Below, in pieces: positions 7,811 to 18,898 of a stretch of DNA of 64,000 nt. Made by a program: the position numbers and the translations under genes. The first letter of the stretch is position 1, and each line of letters starts with the position of its first letter. Source of the stretch: an uncultured Acidobacteriota bacterium (GTDB taxonomy: Bacteria > Acidobacteriota > Vicinamibacteria > Vicinamibacterales > UBA2999); assembly GCA_963735875.1 (NCBI GenBank), contig CAVTMO010000007.1, forward strand, positions 449,783 to 513,782. The letters are read 5' to 3'. The notes beneath the pieces were generated by a model. That model saw only the letters and a list, made by a program, of their open reading frames with translations. It was not told the origin of the DNA and did no database searches.

Positions 7811-9835
7811 CTACGCCGCCGCCTTCGACATGCGGCTGGCGACGAGCGATTCGGCGATCAACAGCAGCATACCTGCAAGGAGCAGGTACCACCACAGCCG
7901 TTGCGACTGCTCGGTCACCTCGTCGCGCGGCGGCTCGACGCCGGTGCCGGCCGCCGCCTGGGCCCCCGAGCCGCCGGTGGCGACAGCGGTCACGTCGGCG
8001 GGATCGACCCCGGCCAGATCAGACTCCGTGAGGTCGACGTTGGCCGCCACCACGGCTTCCACCGTTTGTCCCGGGCCCTCCGGCCGCACCTCGTAGAACC
8101 CGGGCACCGTCACTTCGACGGCGTCGCCGCGCGCCGGGTCGAGCGGCGCCCGGCGGCCCGAGGGCTCCACCACGACACGGGCCGCGCCGCCGTCGGGGCG
8201 CCGGTCGAGCGCCGCGACCTGGCCCACCGTCAGCGACGCCGGCCGATCCCGGAACGCCGCCAGGGTGCGGACCAGTTGGTGGACGAAGGGCAGGAAGACG
8301 GGCTTCAGCGCCAGGTCGCTCCACGCGAGATCGAATCCCGACGTCCACACCAGCATCCGCCCGGTGCCGACGGCGCGTTCGACCAGGGCCGGCTGCCCGT
8401 CGTCGTAGCGCGCCAGCACGCGGGCGTCGGGCGCGGCGGTGAGCCGGCGATAGCCGTACACCCGCACGCTCGAGAAGTCGCCGCTGCGCGGCGCCCGGAA
8501 CGGCGAGAAGATCGTATGGCCGTACTCGACGCTGCCCAGCCGGCCGACCGCGCGCGATCGATCGACCGGCTCGCCCAGCGTTCCGGGCAGCGCTGCGCCC
8601 TGCGGCCACGACGCCCGGCTGCCGGCGACCACGAGCACGCCGCCGCCGCGTTCGGCAAAGGTGGTGAGCCGCGCGATCACCGCGTCGCCCAGCGGCGCGT
8701 CGTTCACGACGACGACGTGGGCCTTGGCCAGCGCGTCGTCGGTGACCGCATCGAGGGCCGTGGCGGTGACATCGAAGCGCGGCGACTCGCCGATGGCCAG
8801 AGCGCGCCGCAGGTAGGTGTCGTCGGCAGCGCGCCCGCCCGGCCCGGCGAGCAGCACCTGCACCGGGCGCGTTTCACGCAACACGAAGTGGAAAGCGTTG
8901 TCGGCGGCCAGCGCGTCGTCGGCGACACGGACGACGCCGCGCAGCCCGGCGGGCGTCACCGTGACCGGCGCGAAGACGTGGGACGCCGACGCCTGCGGCG
9001 CCACCTCCACGTGCGCGGTCTCGACCACGCGGCCGTCGATTTCCAGGGCGAGCGCGACGCCGGAGACCGGGGCGGTGCCGCGGTTGGTCACGCCGCCGGT
9101 GACGGTGACGCGCTCCTGGCCCTCGAAGCGCCCCCGTCGCAGCGCCACTGGCGCGACGGCGAGATTGACGGTGTCGAGGTCGCCGACCGAGACCGGCGAG
9201 AACGTGGTGCCCGCCGGCAGGCGCTGGTCGTCGGTGGGCGCCCAGCCGTTCTTCTGGAAGTCGGTGATGAGCACCACCTCCCGGCGGGGCCGGGTGGACT
9301 CGGCGGCAATCGTCCCGGCCACCTTGAGCGCCGGGCCGTAGCGCGTGGCCTCGGCGCCCGGCGTCGCGGCAGCGATGGCCGCCAGGAGCCGCGCGCGATC
9401 GTCGATCGACTGCAGCACCACCTCCGACCCGGTGCCGAAGAGCACCAGGCTGGCCCGGTCGGAGGCGCCCAGTCCGTCGATCGCCTGGCGGGCCGCCGCC
9501 TGCGCCCGCGTCCAGCGATCGCCGTAGCCCATGCTGTAGGACCGGTCGAGCAGCACGATCACTTCCCGCGCCCCGCCGCCGATGGCGGCGACCGAGCCGC
9601 GCACGAACGGACGGGCAAACGCCGCCACGATCAGCGCCAGCGCCCCCAGCCGCATGGCCAGCAGAAGCCAGTGGCGGATCTTGCGCCGGCGCACCGACTC
9701 GTAGGGCACGCGGCGCACGAACATCAGCGACGGGAAGGCGATGATCTGGTTCTTCTCGCGCTGGATGAGGTGAATCAGCACCGGTACGGCCAGCGCGCCC
9801 AGGCCGAGGAGAAAGAGGGGCAGCAGGAACGCCAT
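7811..9835 (-). CDS. BatA-type protein: N-terminal double-transmembrane domain plus von Willebrand factor A domain
   Basis: N-terminus MAFLLPLFLLGLGALAVPVLIHLI is typical of the aerotolerance-regulator N-terminal domain. VWA MIDAS motif VLLDRSYSM. C-terminal TM helix LWWYLLLAGMLLLIA. Confidence 0.8.
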   Translation of the reverse strand: MAFLLPLFLLGLGALAVPVLIHLIQREKNQIIAFPSLMFVRRVPYESVRRRKIRHWLLLAMRLGALALIVAAFARPFVRGSVAAIGGGAREVIVLLDRSYSMGYGDRWTRAQAAARQAIDGLGASDRASLVLFGTGSEVVLQSIDDRARLLAAIAAATPGAEATRYGPALKVAGTIAAESTRPRREVVLITDFQKNGWAPTDDQRLPAGTTFSPVSVGDLDTVNLAVAPVALRRGRFEGQERVTVTGGVTNRGTAPVSGVALALEIDGRVVETAHVEVAPQASASHVFAPVTVTPAGLRGVVRVADDALAADNAFHFVLRETRPVQVLLAGPGGRAADDTYLRRALAIGESPRFDVTATALDAVTDDALAKAHVVVVNDAPLGDAVIARLTTFAERGGGVLVVAGSRASWPQGAALPGTLGEPVDRSRAVGRLGSVEYGHTIFSPFRAPRSGDFSSVRVYGYRRLTAAPDARVLARYDDGQPALVERAVGTGRMLVWTSGFDLAWSDLALKPVFLPFVHQLVRTLAAFRDRPASLTVGQVAALDRRPDGGAARVVVEPSGRRAPLDPARGDAVEVTVPGFYEVRPEGPGQTVEAVVAANVDLTESDLAGVDPADVTAVATGGSGAQAAAGTGVEPPRDEVTEQSQRLWWYLLLAGMLLLIAESLVASRMSKAAA

Positions 9836-9844
9836 CGGCCAGCC

Positions 9845-10752
9845 TCAGCGCATCCGCAGTGACCGCTCACGGAACGACAGGTAGTCGTAGAGCGCGAAGT
9901 CGAGCGGCCGTGAGGTGTCGAGCATGCGGTAGTCGACGCCGCGTTCCGCGGCCTTGGCGGTGAGCTCGGCGACGTGCGCCTGCACCAGCGCCCGGTACTT
10001 GTCGCGGAACGACTCGGGCACCACCGGCAGCTGCTCGCCGCTCTCCAGGTCCTCGAACGCCGACGGATCGGTGTAGGGGAACTCGAGCTCGGCCGGATCG
10101 AGCACGTGGAACACCACCACGTCGCTGCCACGGAAGCGGATCGGGGCCAGGGCCTCGAAGATCGCCTCGGGCTCGTCGTACAAGTCCGAGAGCAGCACGA
10201 CCATCCCGCGGCGGCCGAAGTGCTCGGCCAGCTTGCGCAGCGGCGACGAGAGCTGTCCCGGGCGGGCGGCCTTGGCGCGATCGAGCGTGTGCAGCACCAC
10301 GTCGAGGTGCTTGGCCGACGGCGGCACGTGATCGACGACGTCGCTGTCGAAGGTGATGAGGCCGACGCGGTCGCGCTGGCGGTGCACCAGATAGGTGAGG
10401 CACGCCGCCAGCGTCTTGGCGTAGTCGAGCTTGGTGATGCGCGGTCCGAACGCCATCGACGACGACACGTCGAGCAGCACGACGAAGTTGGAGTTGGAGT
10501 CGGCCTCGAACTCCTTCACGAAGTACTTGTCGGTGCGGGCATAGACCCGCCAGTCGACGCGCCGGATGTCGTCGCCCGGCACGTAGCCGCGGTGCTCGGC
10601 GAAGTCGACCGAGCTGCCGAAGAACGGCGATCGGTGCAGGCCGTTGATCACCCCGTCGACCACCGAGCGGGCCACGAAATCCAGGTTGCCGATGCGCGCC
10701 AGCACCGCCGGGTCGACGAACTGCGCGCCGGGAATCGCGCCGCCGAGCTGCA

Positions 10753-10753
<1 letters not shown>
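9845..10753 (-). CDS. DUF58 family protein (VWA-like, MoxR partner)
   Basis: Motifs HRSPFFGSSVDFAEHRGYVPGDDIRRVDWRVYARTDKYFVKEFE and VVLLDVSSSM. The ATG at 10753-10751 overlaps the MoxR stop (TGATG). The listed 656-aa ORF is an artefactual upstream extension. Confidence 0.85.
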
Positions 10754-11787
<1,034 letters not shown>

Positions 11788-11819
11788 GAATCCTCCCTGC
11801 CGCCGTTTGTTCCATCGCC

Positions 11820-11870
11820 GTAGGGCGGCTCTTCAGAGCCGCCTGAGACCGAGCTGAAGCTCTGCCCTAC
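11820..11870. repeat. REP/BIME-like inverted pair of hairpin repeats between DUF4159-2 and moxR
   Basis: GTAGGGCGGCTCTTCAGAGCCGCC (11820-11843) and the inverted copy GAGCTGAAGCTCTGCCCTAC (11851-11870). Followed by the G/C-only self-complementary tract CCCGGGCCCCCGGGCCCGGGCCCC at 11874-11897. Confidence 0.85.
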
Positions 11871-11900
11871 GTACCCGGGCCCCCGGGCCCGGGCCCCGAT

Positions 11901-12719
11901 CTAGTGCGTCATACCGTACACGATGTAGTTCACGCCGAACTTGTAGGCCTCGTTCGACAGGTCGATCGGCACCCAGCCGGTGTCCGAGAACTCCCAGTAC
12001 TCGCCCAGGTCGTTGTCGTAGTTGGCGACCACCTGCAGCCGCTTGTCCGGGTCGTTGTCCTCGAAGATGCCATGGAAGGTCGGCGTCAGCCCGCCGTAGG
12101 GCGAGACGAAGCGCGACGGGTCGATCTCGAAGAAGGCGTGGAACACCGGATGGGAGCCGTCGAGCGGCACCAGCCGCTGGGTCGGCAGCACCTTGCGGAG
12201 CTGCGCCTCGAAGTTGTACCAGTGCTCCTGGCGGAAGTCGTCGAAGATGATGAAGCCGCCCTTGGCCAGGTAGGTGCGCAGGCCCTCGGCCTCCTGGTCG
12301 TTCAGCGTCCAGTAGCCCGGCTCCGACATGTAGGCCACCGGGTAGCGGTGGAGCTCGGGGTCGTCGAGCGTGAAGATGTTGCTGTCGTCGAGGTGCGGAC
12401 GCAGCAGCGTGATCTCGCTCAGGATCTTCATCAGGTGGCGATCGGCGCGCGGGTAGTCGTGCGCCCACGGCGGCTCGCGCCTGAAACCGCCGAACCCGCC
12501 CCGGCCGCCGGCCAGGTGATAGCGCAGCCGCACGAACGCGAAGCGCCCGTCGTACTCGACCTGCACGCCTTCCAGATCCACCGGTGCCGCCCGCCGCCGT
12601 TCCCGTTCACCGGCGAAGGGGCCGCGCTGGGCGGCCAGCGCCACGGCCCCGAGCGTGATCATGGCGACGGCGGCCGTGACCAGCGCCCGCCGCCCGCGGT
12701 CACGAGAGGCCGACGGCAC
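11901..12719 (-). CDS. DUF4159 domain protein (copy 2)
   Basis: Signal anchor RRALVTAAVAMITLGAVALAAQ. Motifs FAFVRLRY, WAHDYPRADRHLMKIL, LAKGGFIIFDDFR. Overlaps the 3' end of the upstream gene by 20 nt; the alternative ATG at 12662 would remove the overlap. Confidence 0.75.
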   Translation of the reverse strand: MPSASRDRGRRALVTAAVAMITLGAVALAAQRGPFAGERERRRAAPVDLEGVQVEYDGRFAFVRLRYHLAGGRGGFGGFRREPPWAHDYPRADRHLMKILSEITLLRPHLDDSNIFTLDDPELHRYPVAYMSEPGYWTLNDQEAEGLRTYLAKGGFIIFDDFRQEHWYNFEAQLRKVLPTQRLVPLDGSHPVFHAFFEIDPSRFVSPYGGLTPTFHGIFEDNDPDKRLQVVANYDNDLGEYWEFSDTGWVPIDLSNEAYKFGVNYIVYGMTH

Positions 12720-14985
12720 GCCGATACCCCCATTCCGCGCTGACCAACGCCAGCAGGAGCACCAGCATCAGCGGCGCGTTCCACAGCTCGCGTTCCTCCA
12801 CCGCGGTGATCCCGCGGCCGGTGTACTTCACGTCCTCGAGGAGTGCGCTGGCGGTGGCGGGAGTGTAGGCCTTGCCGCCGGTGTCCTCGGCGATGCGGCG
12901 CAGCGCGGCCATCTGCAGCGTGGTCTCGGCGAACTCGGCGTCGCCGGGCCCGGCGTTGACGTGCAGGGTGGAGCTTCCGAGCGAGGTCCCGCCGCGCATC
13001 GCTTCCACCCGGGCCTCGTACCAGCCGGCGGCGCTGGTCGTGAGGGTGCCCGAGTAGGCGCCGTCGCGCTGTCCGTTCCAGGTCAGCGGCACCGTCGCGG
13101 TGGCGCCGTCGGGCCCAGACACCGTGGCGGTGACCTGCGCGTCGTTGATGGCGACAAACGACGGGTCGGCGACCTCGACGGTGAGGGTGACCGGCTCGCC
13201 GGGCTCCACGCGATCGACCGACGCCGAGGCGTCCACCGGATCGGGCACGCCGTCGACCAGCCAGCGCAGCAGCTGGCGGGTGAACGTCTCGTGGGTCTGG
13301 TCCTCGACGCTGATCGACGCGTGCATCTGCCACAGCCAGGAGTCCTGCGGCGTGAAGGCCGCCGACTTGCCCCGGCCGAAGCGCTGGAAGGCGAGCACCG
13401 GGCGGTCGCGGCGGGCGTCGTCGGCCGCACTGAGCAGCGTCGTCGCGCCCGACTTCACGGCGCCGACGCCGTTCACCGTGGTGAGCTCGGGCAGCTCGGC
13501 CCAGCGCGCCGCCGAGGCTTGATCGGTGGCGGCAATCTGCGACACCGCGTGGCCCGACCCGGCGCGCGTCGGGCGGACGGTCAGCCGGGTGACCACCGGC
13601 TCGGCCGGCGGCGTCATCCGCTCGAGCTGCACCGGCAGCGTGTCGCCGAGCGCGGTGCCGGCGTAGCCGCCCTCGCTGAACGAGCGCGGGCCGCCCAGCA
13701 TCAGCAGCCCGCCGCCGCGCTTGTCGACGAACTCGCTCAGCATCGCCAGCTGGTCGCCGGTGAAAGCGGCGGCCTCGATCGAGCCCAGCACCAGGCCGCG
13801 GTACTGGAAGAGCTCGTCGCGCGTCTTCGGGAAGCCGCCGACCAGCTCCTCTGGGTCGTCGACCTCGAGGCGCAGGTACTTGTTGTCGGCGGTGCGCTGC
13901 AGCACCACCAGCTGGAGCTGTTTGTCGTCGGTGAGCGCGCGCCGCAGGAACTTCATCTCGAAGCGCGGCTCGCCCTCGAAGTAGAGGATTTTCTCGCGGC
14001 GATCGCGCACGTCGACCAGCACGTCGCGGGTGTTGTTCTCCGGCAGCAGCTCGCCCGGCTGCGCCGGCACCCGGAAGCTGAAGACGCGCGGTCCGGGGTC
14101 GGAGGCCGTGAAGCGGACCCGCACCGTGGCCGGCTGGCCGTCGGGCGCCACCGTGAAGGCCTGGCTGCCGACGATGGCGCCGCTGTCGAGGACGTCGAGC
14201 GTCAGCGACTGTCCGGCGTAGCCGTGCCCGGTCACCACCGCGTCGAGCAGGAGCGTGGTGCCGGCGAGCACGGTCCGCGGCGCGGTGACGCGGCCCACCT
14301 GGATGTCCCGCTCGGCCGTTTCGCTGCCGACGCCGATGGCGAAGACCGGCACCCCCGAGGCCTTCAGCGCCAGCAGCGACGGCTCGAGCGCGCTGCCGCT
14401 GGTGTCGGCGCCGTCGCTGACCACGACCAGGCCGGCCAGTGGCACCCCGGCCAGCTGCTGCCGGGCCTGGTCGAGGGCCGAGACGAGCCGGGTGCTGGTG
14501 CCCGCAAAGTTGAGGTCTTCTCCGGTGGGCGCGGCGCCCAGACCGTTGGCGAAGCGCAGGGTGCGCACCGTGAAGCGTTCGCCGAGCGCCTGGCGCAGGC
14601 CGCGATCGGCGGCGCCGAACTCCTCCTGCACGTAGCTGCTTCGCGGCTGGCCGTTCAGGTCGGCAATCCGCATGCTCCGCGAGTCGTCGAGCAGGATGCC
14701 GATGACGTTCTGATGCGGCACCGCCGCCCGCAGCACCAGCATCGGCCGGAACAGACAGACCAGCAGGAGTCCGACCAGCGCCGCGCGCAGGGCGGTGAGG
14801 ACGACGCGGTCGCGGGCGGTGAGGCGCCGCGGCGCCCGCTGATAGGCGACGGTCGCCACCGCCACCGCGCCCAGGCCGGCCAGAACGGCGAACCACATGC
14901 CCGGCGGCGCAGCGAAGCGCAGCTCCCCCTGGTCGAAGACGACCCAGCGGACGCCGAGAAGGAGTTGCGACAACCAGTCGAGCAC
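12700..14985 (-). CDS. Membrane-anchored VWA domain protein with GATase1-like (DUF1355-type) domain and C-terminal TM helix
   Basis: VWA MIDAS ILLDDSRSM and VVVSDGADT. GATase-like segment GGGLLMLGGPRSF. C-terminal TM LMLVLLLALVSAEWGY. Start assigned to GTG 14985 (VLDWLSQLLLG...). ATG 14898 or ATG 15183 are alternatives; 15183 would leave only 5 bp before the divergent gene start at 15189. Confidence 0.65.
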   Translation of the reverse strand: MLDWLSQLLLGVRWVVFDQGELRFAAPPGMWFAVLAGLGAVAVATVAYQRAPRRLTARDRVVLTALRAALVGLLLVCLFRPMLVLRAAVPHQNVIGILLDDSRSMRIADLNGQPRSSYVQEEFGAADRGLRQALGERFTVRTLRFANGLGAAPTGEDLNFAGTSTRLVSALDQARQQLAGVPLAGLVVVSDGADTSGSALEPSLLALKASGVPVFAIGVGSETAERDIQVGRVTAPRTVLAGTTLLLDAVVTGHGYAGQSLTLDVLDSGAIVGSQAFTVAPDGQPATVRVRFTASDPGPRVFSFRVPAQPGELLPENNTRDVLVDVRDRREKILYFEGEPRFEMKFLRRALTDDKQLQLVVLQRTADNKYLRLEVDDPEELVGGFPKTRDELFQYRGLVLGSIEAAAFTGDQLAMLSEFVDKRGGGLLMLGGPRSFSEGGYAGTALGDTLPVQLERMTPPAEPVVTRLTVRPTRAGSGHAVSQIAATDQASAARWAELPELTTVNGVGAVKSGATTLLSAADDARRDRPVLAFQRFGRGKSAAFTPQDSWLWQMHASISVEDQTHETFTRQLLRWLVDGVPDPVDASASVDRVEPGEPVTLTVEVADPSFVAINDAQVTATVSGPDGATATVPLTWNGQRDGAYSGTLTTSAAGWYEARVEAMRGGTSLGSSTLHVNAGPGDAEFAETTLQMAALRRIAEDTGGKAYTPATASALLEDVKYTGRGITAVEERELWNAPLMLVLLLALVSAEWGYRRAVGLS

Positions 14986-15188
14986 GGCACGCACCGCGCG
15001 GCGTGGACCTTCGCAAGCCCACCCGGTGTTGGCGATTCTATGTCGGTTCGACGACCCGGCGGGCGTGGCGGCCGGGCGCCATGGGATTGGACCCGGCGGA
15101 TTCCCGCCGCCTGTCCCCGGGAACGGTGGCCAGACCTCCGGCCCCGCGCTGCTATTCTTCCCAGCGTCGGACCCGGAGGCCACCCATC

Positions 15189-16958
15189 ATGCGAACGTCC
15201 GTGCTCTGTCTCGCCGTCCTCGCCACTGCCGCCGGGCTGGCGTCCTGGCCCGGCGCCGTCCAGCCGCGCGCCCAGGCGCCGGCCGACCTGGTCCTCCTCA
15301 ACGGGACGGTCATCACGGTGAACCCGTCGGATGCCATCGCCCAAGCGGTGGCCATCACCGGCGGACGCATCGCCGCCGTCGGGACGACCGCCGACCTCAA
15401 GGCGCGGGTGGGGCCGGCCACGCAGGTGATCGACCTGGGCGGCCGCGCCGTCACTCCGGGGCTCATCGACACCCATATCCACTTCACCGAGGTCGACCAG
15501 CTGTTCAGCATCGACCTGAGCGACCCGGCCATCAAGGCGATGAACGACGTGGTATCGCGGGTGGCCGCACAGGTGGCGAAGACCAAGCCCGGGGAATGGG
15601 TGCTCGGCGATGGCTGGGACGAGGGCAAGCTGGCCGAGCGGCGGCACATCCTCGCCGCCGACCTCGACGCCGTGTCGCCGAACAATCCGGTGTGGCTGGG
15701 CAACACCACCGGGCACTACGGCGTCGGCAACACCTACGCGTTGAAGATCGCCGAGATCCGGAAGGGCACGCCCGACCCGCCGGCGGGCACCATCGTCCAC
15801 GACGCGAAGGGCGAGCCCAACGGCGTGGTGCTCGAGAGCGCCCAGCAGCTCATCACCCGCCACGCCCCGCCGTTCACCCGCGAGCAGCAGAAGGCCGGGC
15901 TGGTGAAGATGATCCAGGACTTCAGCTCTGAGGGGATGACCGGCGCCAAGGATCCCGGGATCGGCGAGCTGAAGTGGACGCTCTACAACGAGCTGCTGAA
16001 GGAAGGGAAGCTCGACGTCCGAATCTTCGCGTTGTGGGCCGGGCCGCGCCGGCTCGACCAGGCCGCCGCCGTCCAGGCGCGCGTCAACGCCAACCCGCGG
16101 CCCCCGCAATCGCTGGGCGACGGCCGGCTCTTCTCCGGCGGCGTGAAGATGTACATGGACGGCAGCGGCGGCGCCCGCACCGCGTGGATGCACGAGGACT
16201 GGAACAAGAACCTGAAGGACGTCGACAAGGGCAACCCCGGCTACCCCGCGACGCCGCCCGACGAGTACCGCAAGATGGCCACCGACTTCCACAATGCCGG
16301 CGTGCACGTGAGCACGCATGCGATCGGCGATCGGGCCATCGACTGGGTGGTGGACACCTACGCGCAGGCGCTCAAGGCCAAGCCCGTCAAGGGCCTGCGC
16401 CACGGCCTCATCCACGCCAACACGCCCACCGACCGCGCCATCGACGAGATGGCCCGGATGCAGCGCGACTACGACGCCGCCTATCCCGAAGCCTCCGCCG
16501 GCTTCATGTGGTGGATCGGCGACAACTACGCCGGCAACTTCGGCCCGGTGCGCAACCTGCGGATGAAGCCGCTGGCCACGTGGCAGAAGAAGGGCGTGCG
16601 CTGGAGCGGCGGTTCGGACTTCTCGGTGACGCCGTATGCCGCCCGCTACGGCCTGTGGGCGTCGGTGGCCCGCGAGACGCTGAACGGCACCTACGGCAAG
16701 ACGCCGTTCGGCACGGCCGAAGCGGTGGACATCCGCACCGCGCTGAAGTCCTACACCATCTGGGCGGCGCATCAGATGTTCCTCGACAATCGGATCGGCT
16801 CGGTCGAGGTCGGCAAGGACGCCGACCTCGCCGTCTGGGACCGGAACCCGTACACGGTGCCGACGGCCGAGTTGCGCGAGATGAAGGCCGAGCTCACCCT
16901 GCTGGCCGGACGCGTGGTCCATCGCGGCGCCGCGTTCCCGGTTCGGCCAGGACGGTAG
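15189..16958 (+). CDS. Secreted amidohydrolase (Amidohydro_3-type metal-dependent hydrolase)
   Basis: GGAGG lies 10 nt upstream of the ATG at 15189. Signal peptide MRTSVLCLAVLATAAGLA. Metal motif GLIDTHIHF. GGSDFSVTP near the C-terminus. Confidence 0.8.
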   Translation: MRTSVLCLAVLATAAGLASWPGAVQPRAQAPADLVLLNGTVITVNPSDAIAQAVAITGGRIAAVGTTADLKARVGPATQVIDLGGRAVTPGLIDTHIHFTEVDQLFSIDLSDPAIKAMNDVVSRVAAQVAKTKPGEWVLGDGWDEGKLAERRHILAADLDAVSPNNPVWLGNTTGHYGVGNTYALKIAEIRKGTPDPPAGTIVHDAKGEPNGVVLESAQQLITRHAPPFTREQQKAGLVKMIQDFSSEGMTGAKDPGIGELKWTLYNELLKEGKLDVRIFALWAGPRRLDQAAAVQARVNANPRPPQSLGDGRLFSGGVKMYMDGSGGARTAWMHEDWNKNLKDVDKGNPGYPATPPDEYRKMATDFHNAGVHVSTHAIGDRAIDWVVDTYAQALKAKPVKGLRHGLIHANTPTDRAIDEMARMQRDYDAAYPEASAGFMWWIGDNYAGNFGPVRNLRMKPLATWQKKGVRWSGGSDFSVTPYAARYGLWASVARETLNGTYGKTPFGTAEAVDIRTALKSYTIWAAHQMFLDNRIGSVEVGKDADLAVWDRNPYTVPTAELREMKAELTLLAGRVVHRGAAFPVRPGR

Positions 16959-16964
16959 GGCAGG

Positions 16965-18887
16965 GTGACAGAGCCCGGCGATCCGGCGACCCCGCCAGAA
17001 CCGTCGCCGGCGGCCACGCATACCGCGCCGCCGCGCTCGGGACACCAGGAGACCGCCGTCCCCATCGCCCGGCGGGTGGCCGCGGCGACGCCGTCGCTGT
17101 TTCCGCTGTGGCTGCGCGGACGCCTGGGGCCGGATGCGCGGATGCCGATGGTGCGCTGGTTCGACCCGGCGCAACTGCTGCGCACCGGTGTCAAGACCCT
17201 GGTGTCGCTGGCCGTCGGCGGACAGAGCGATCACCGCATCGTGCAGGCGCTGGCCTCGCGGCGCCAGGAGTACTACGACCACAGTGTCCACTACCGCGAC
17301 GGCGCGCACGGTCCGGTGCCACGGCCCGATGCGTCGCGTGCCGAGCTGTGGATCGACGTCGCGTGCGACACCGGGGACGGCTTCAACCCCACTTATGCCG
17401 TCGCCTATGCGATGGCGCAACCGGCGCTGACCATCGCCGGGCCGGCCGGACCAGTGCGGCTGCCGCGCGGCGACGTGCTCGTGTTCGGCGGCGACGAGGT
17501 GTATCCGACGCCGAGCCGCGAGGAGTACCAGCGGCGCCTGGTGTCGCCCTACACCGCCGCCTTCGGCGACGATACGCCGGCCGAGCGTCCGCACGTCTAC
17601 GCCGTGCCGGGCAACCACGATTGGTACGACGGCCTGTCGGCGTTCATGCGCCTGTTCTGCTCCGACATCGGCGGCCGCCGCTTCGCCGGCTGGTGGACGC
17701 GCCAGCGCCGCAGCTACTTCGCCATCAAGCTGCCGCACCGGTGGTGGCTGGTCGGCAGCGACGGACAACTGCAGAGCGATCTCGACGTCCCGCAGATGGA
17801 GCACTTCCGCGAGATCGCCGCCCGCCACATGCAGCCGGGCGACAAGGTGATCCTCTGCCTGTCGACGCCGGTGTGGGTCTACGCGCAGAAGTACCGCGAC
17901 GTCGAGCAGGTCTTCGACGAGACCGACCTCATCTACCTTCGGGAGGAGGTCTTCGCCAAGGCCGGCGTGCTCGTGCGCGCCTACCTCACCGGCGATCTGC
18001 ACCACTACCGCCGCCACGAAGAGACCAAGGAGTCGGCGGCCGGGCAGCCGCCGGTGCACAAAATCATTGCCGGCGGCGGCGGGGCGTTCCTGCATCCGAC
18101 CCACGAAGAAGACGTGTCGCTGCTGCAGGAGGAAGCGCTCACCGAGGTCATACCGGCCCGCACCTTCGAGGTCAAGGCCACCTATCCCGACATGGCGTGC
18201 TCGAAGCGGTTGACGTGGCGCAACCTGCTCTTCCCCGTGCTGAACCCCGGCTTCGGCATCGTGCCGGCGACGGTCTACCTGATGACGGCCTGGCTGGTCG
18301 CCGCCGCGGCTGGCGACACGACGCCGGCCACGGCGGGCGAGGCGCTGAGGGTAACGATCGCGGCGTTCGAAGGGCATCCCGCCCTCACCTTGTGGATGCT
18401 GCTGATCGTCGCCGCGTTCCTCGCCTTCACCGACACGCACAGCCGCATCTACCGCGTGCTCGGGGGACTGGCGCACTGCAGCGCGCATCTGGCGGCGATC
18501 TTCTTCTTCGGCTGGGGCACGCGCGACCTCGCCACGCGGTGGCTCGGGCTCGAGGGGCCGCTGCGGTCGGTCATGACGGCGCTGGGCACCTTCGCCGGCG
18601 GCTGGGTGATCGGCTCGTTCATCGTCGGTGTCTACCTGCTGGTCTCGCTCAACGTCTTCGGCCGCCACAGCGAAGAGGCGTTCAGCGGCCTGCGCGTACA
18701 GGACTTCAAGCACTTCCTTCGCCTGCACGTCGGCAGCGACGGCGCGCTCACGATCTGGCCGATCAAGATCGAGCGCGTCCCCAGGCACTGGCGGGACCGC
18801 CGCGACGGCGACGCCACGACGTCGCGCGTGGTGCCGGTCGATCCGCTGGTGCCGGAGCTCATCGAGCCGCCGATCCGCCTCGTCTGA
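16965..18887 (+). CDS. Metallophosphoesterase fused to a C-terminal polytopic membrane domain
   Basis: Calcineurin-like motifs DTGDG, GGDEVY, GNHDWY, GDLHHY and GGGGAFLHP, followed by about 5 hydrophobic helices. GTG start 6 nt after the upstream stop; the N-terminal boundary is uncertain. Confidence 0.7.
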   Translation: MTEPGDPATPPEPSPAATHTAPPRSGHQETAVPIARRVAAATPSLFPLWLRGRLGPDARMPMVRWFDPAQLLRTGVKTLVSLAVGGQSDHRIVQALASRRQEYYDHSVHYRDGAHGPVPRPDASRAELWIDVACDTGDGFNPTYAVAYAMAQPALTIAGPAGPVRLPRGDVLVFGGDEVYPTPSREEYQRRLVSPYTAAFGDDTPAERPHVYAVPGNHDWYDGLSAFMRLFCSDIGGRRFAGWWTRQRRSYFAIKLPHRWWLVGSDGQLQSDLDVPQMEHFREIAARHMQPGDKVILCLSTPVWVYAQKYRDVEQVFDETDLIYLREEVFAKAGVLVRAYLTGDLHHYRRHEETKESAAGQPPVHKIIAGGGGAFLHPTHEEDVSLLQEEALTEVIPARTFEVKATYPDMACSKRLTWRNLLFPVLNPGFGIVPATVYLMTAWLVAAAAGDTTPATAGEALRVTIAAFEGHPALTLWMLLIVAAFLAFTDTHSRIYRVLGGLAHCSAHLAAIFFFGWGTRDLATRWLGLEGPLRSVMTALGTFAGGWVIGSFIVGVYLLVSLNVFGRHSEEAFSGLRVQDFKHFLRLHVGSDGALTIWPIKIERVPRHWRDRRDGDATTSRVVPVDPLVPELIEPPIRLV

Positions 18888-18898
18888 CGCCGCCGATT

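Noticed and set aside
4087-8031. 1314-aa plus-strand ORF antisense to the 1215-aa gene. Similar long ORFs occur at 14655-19229 (-), 12655-15321 (+), 42549-45356 (+), 41650-44589 (-) and 60993-63419 (+).
   Set aside because: These are Arg/Ala/Gly/Pro-rich translations with no motifs. They lie opposite or out of frame to ORFs with clear family signatures. This is the usual stop-codon-poor shadow-ORF artefact of roughly 70% GC DNA.
11874-11897. G/C-only 24-mer CCCGGGCCCCCGGGCCCGGGCCCC as an independent functional site (for example G-quadruplex or protein binding)
   Set aside because: It is self-complementary and sits directly between a stop codon and a REP pair. It is most simply part of the same intercistronic stem-loop module. 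There is only a single occurrence in the window, so no case for a separate family.
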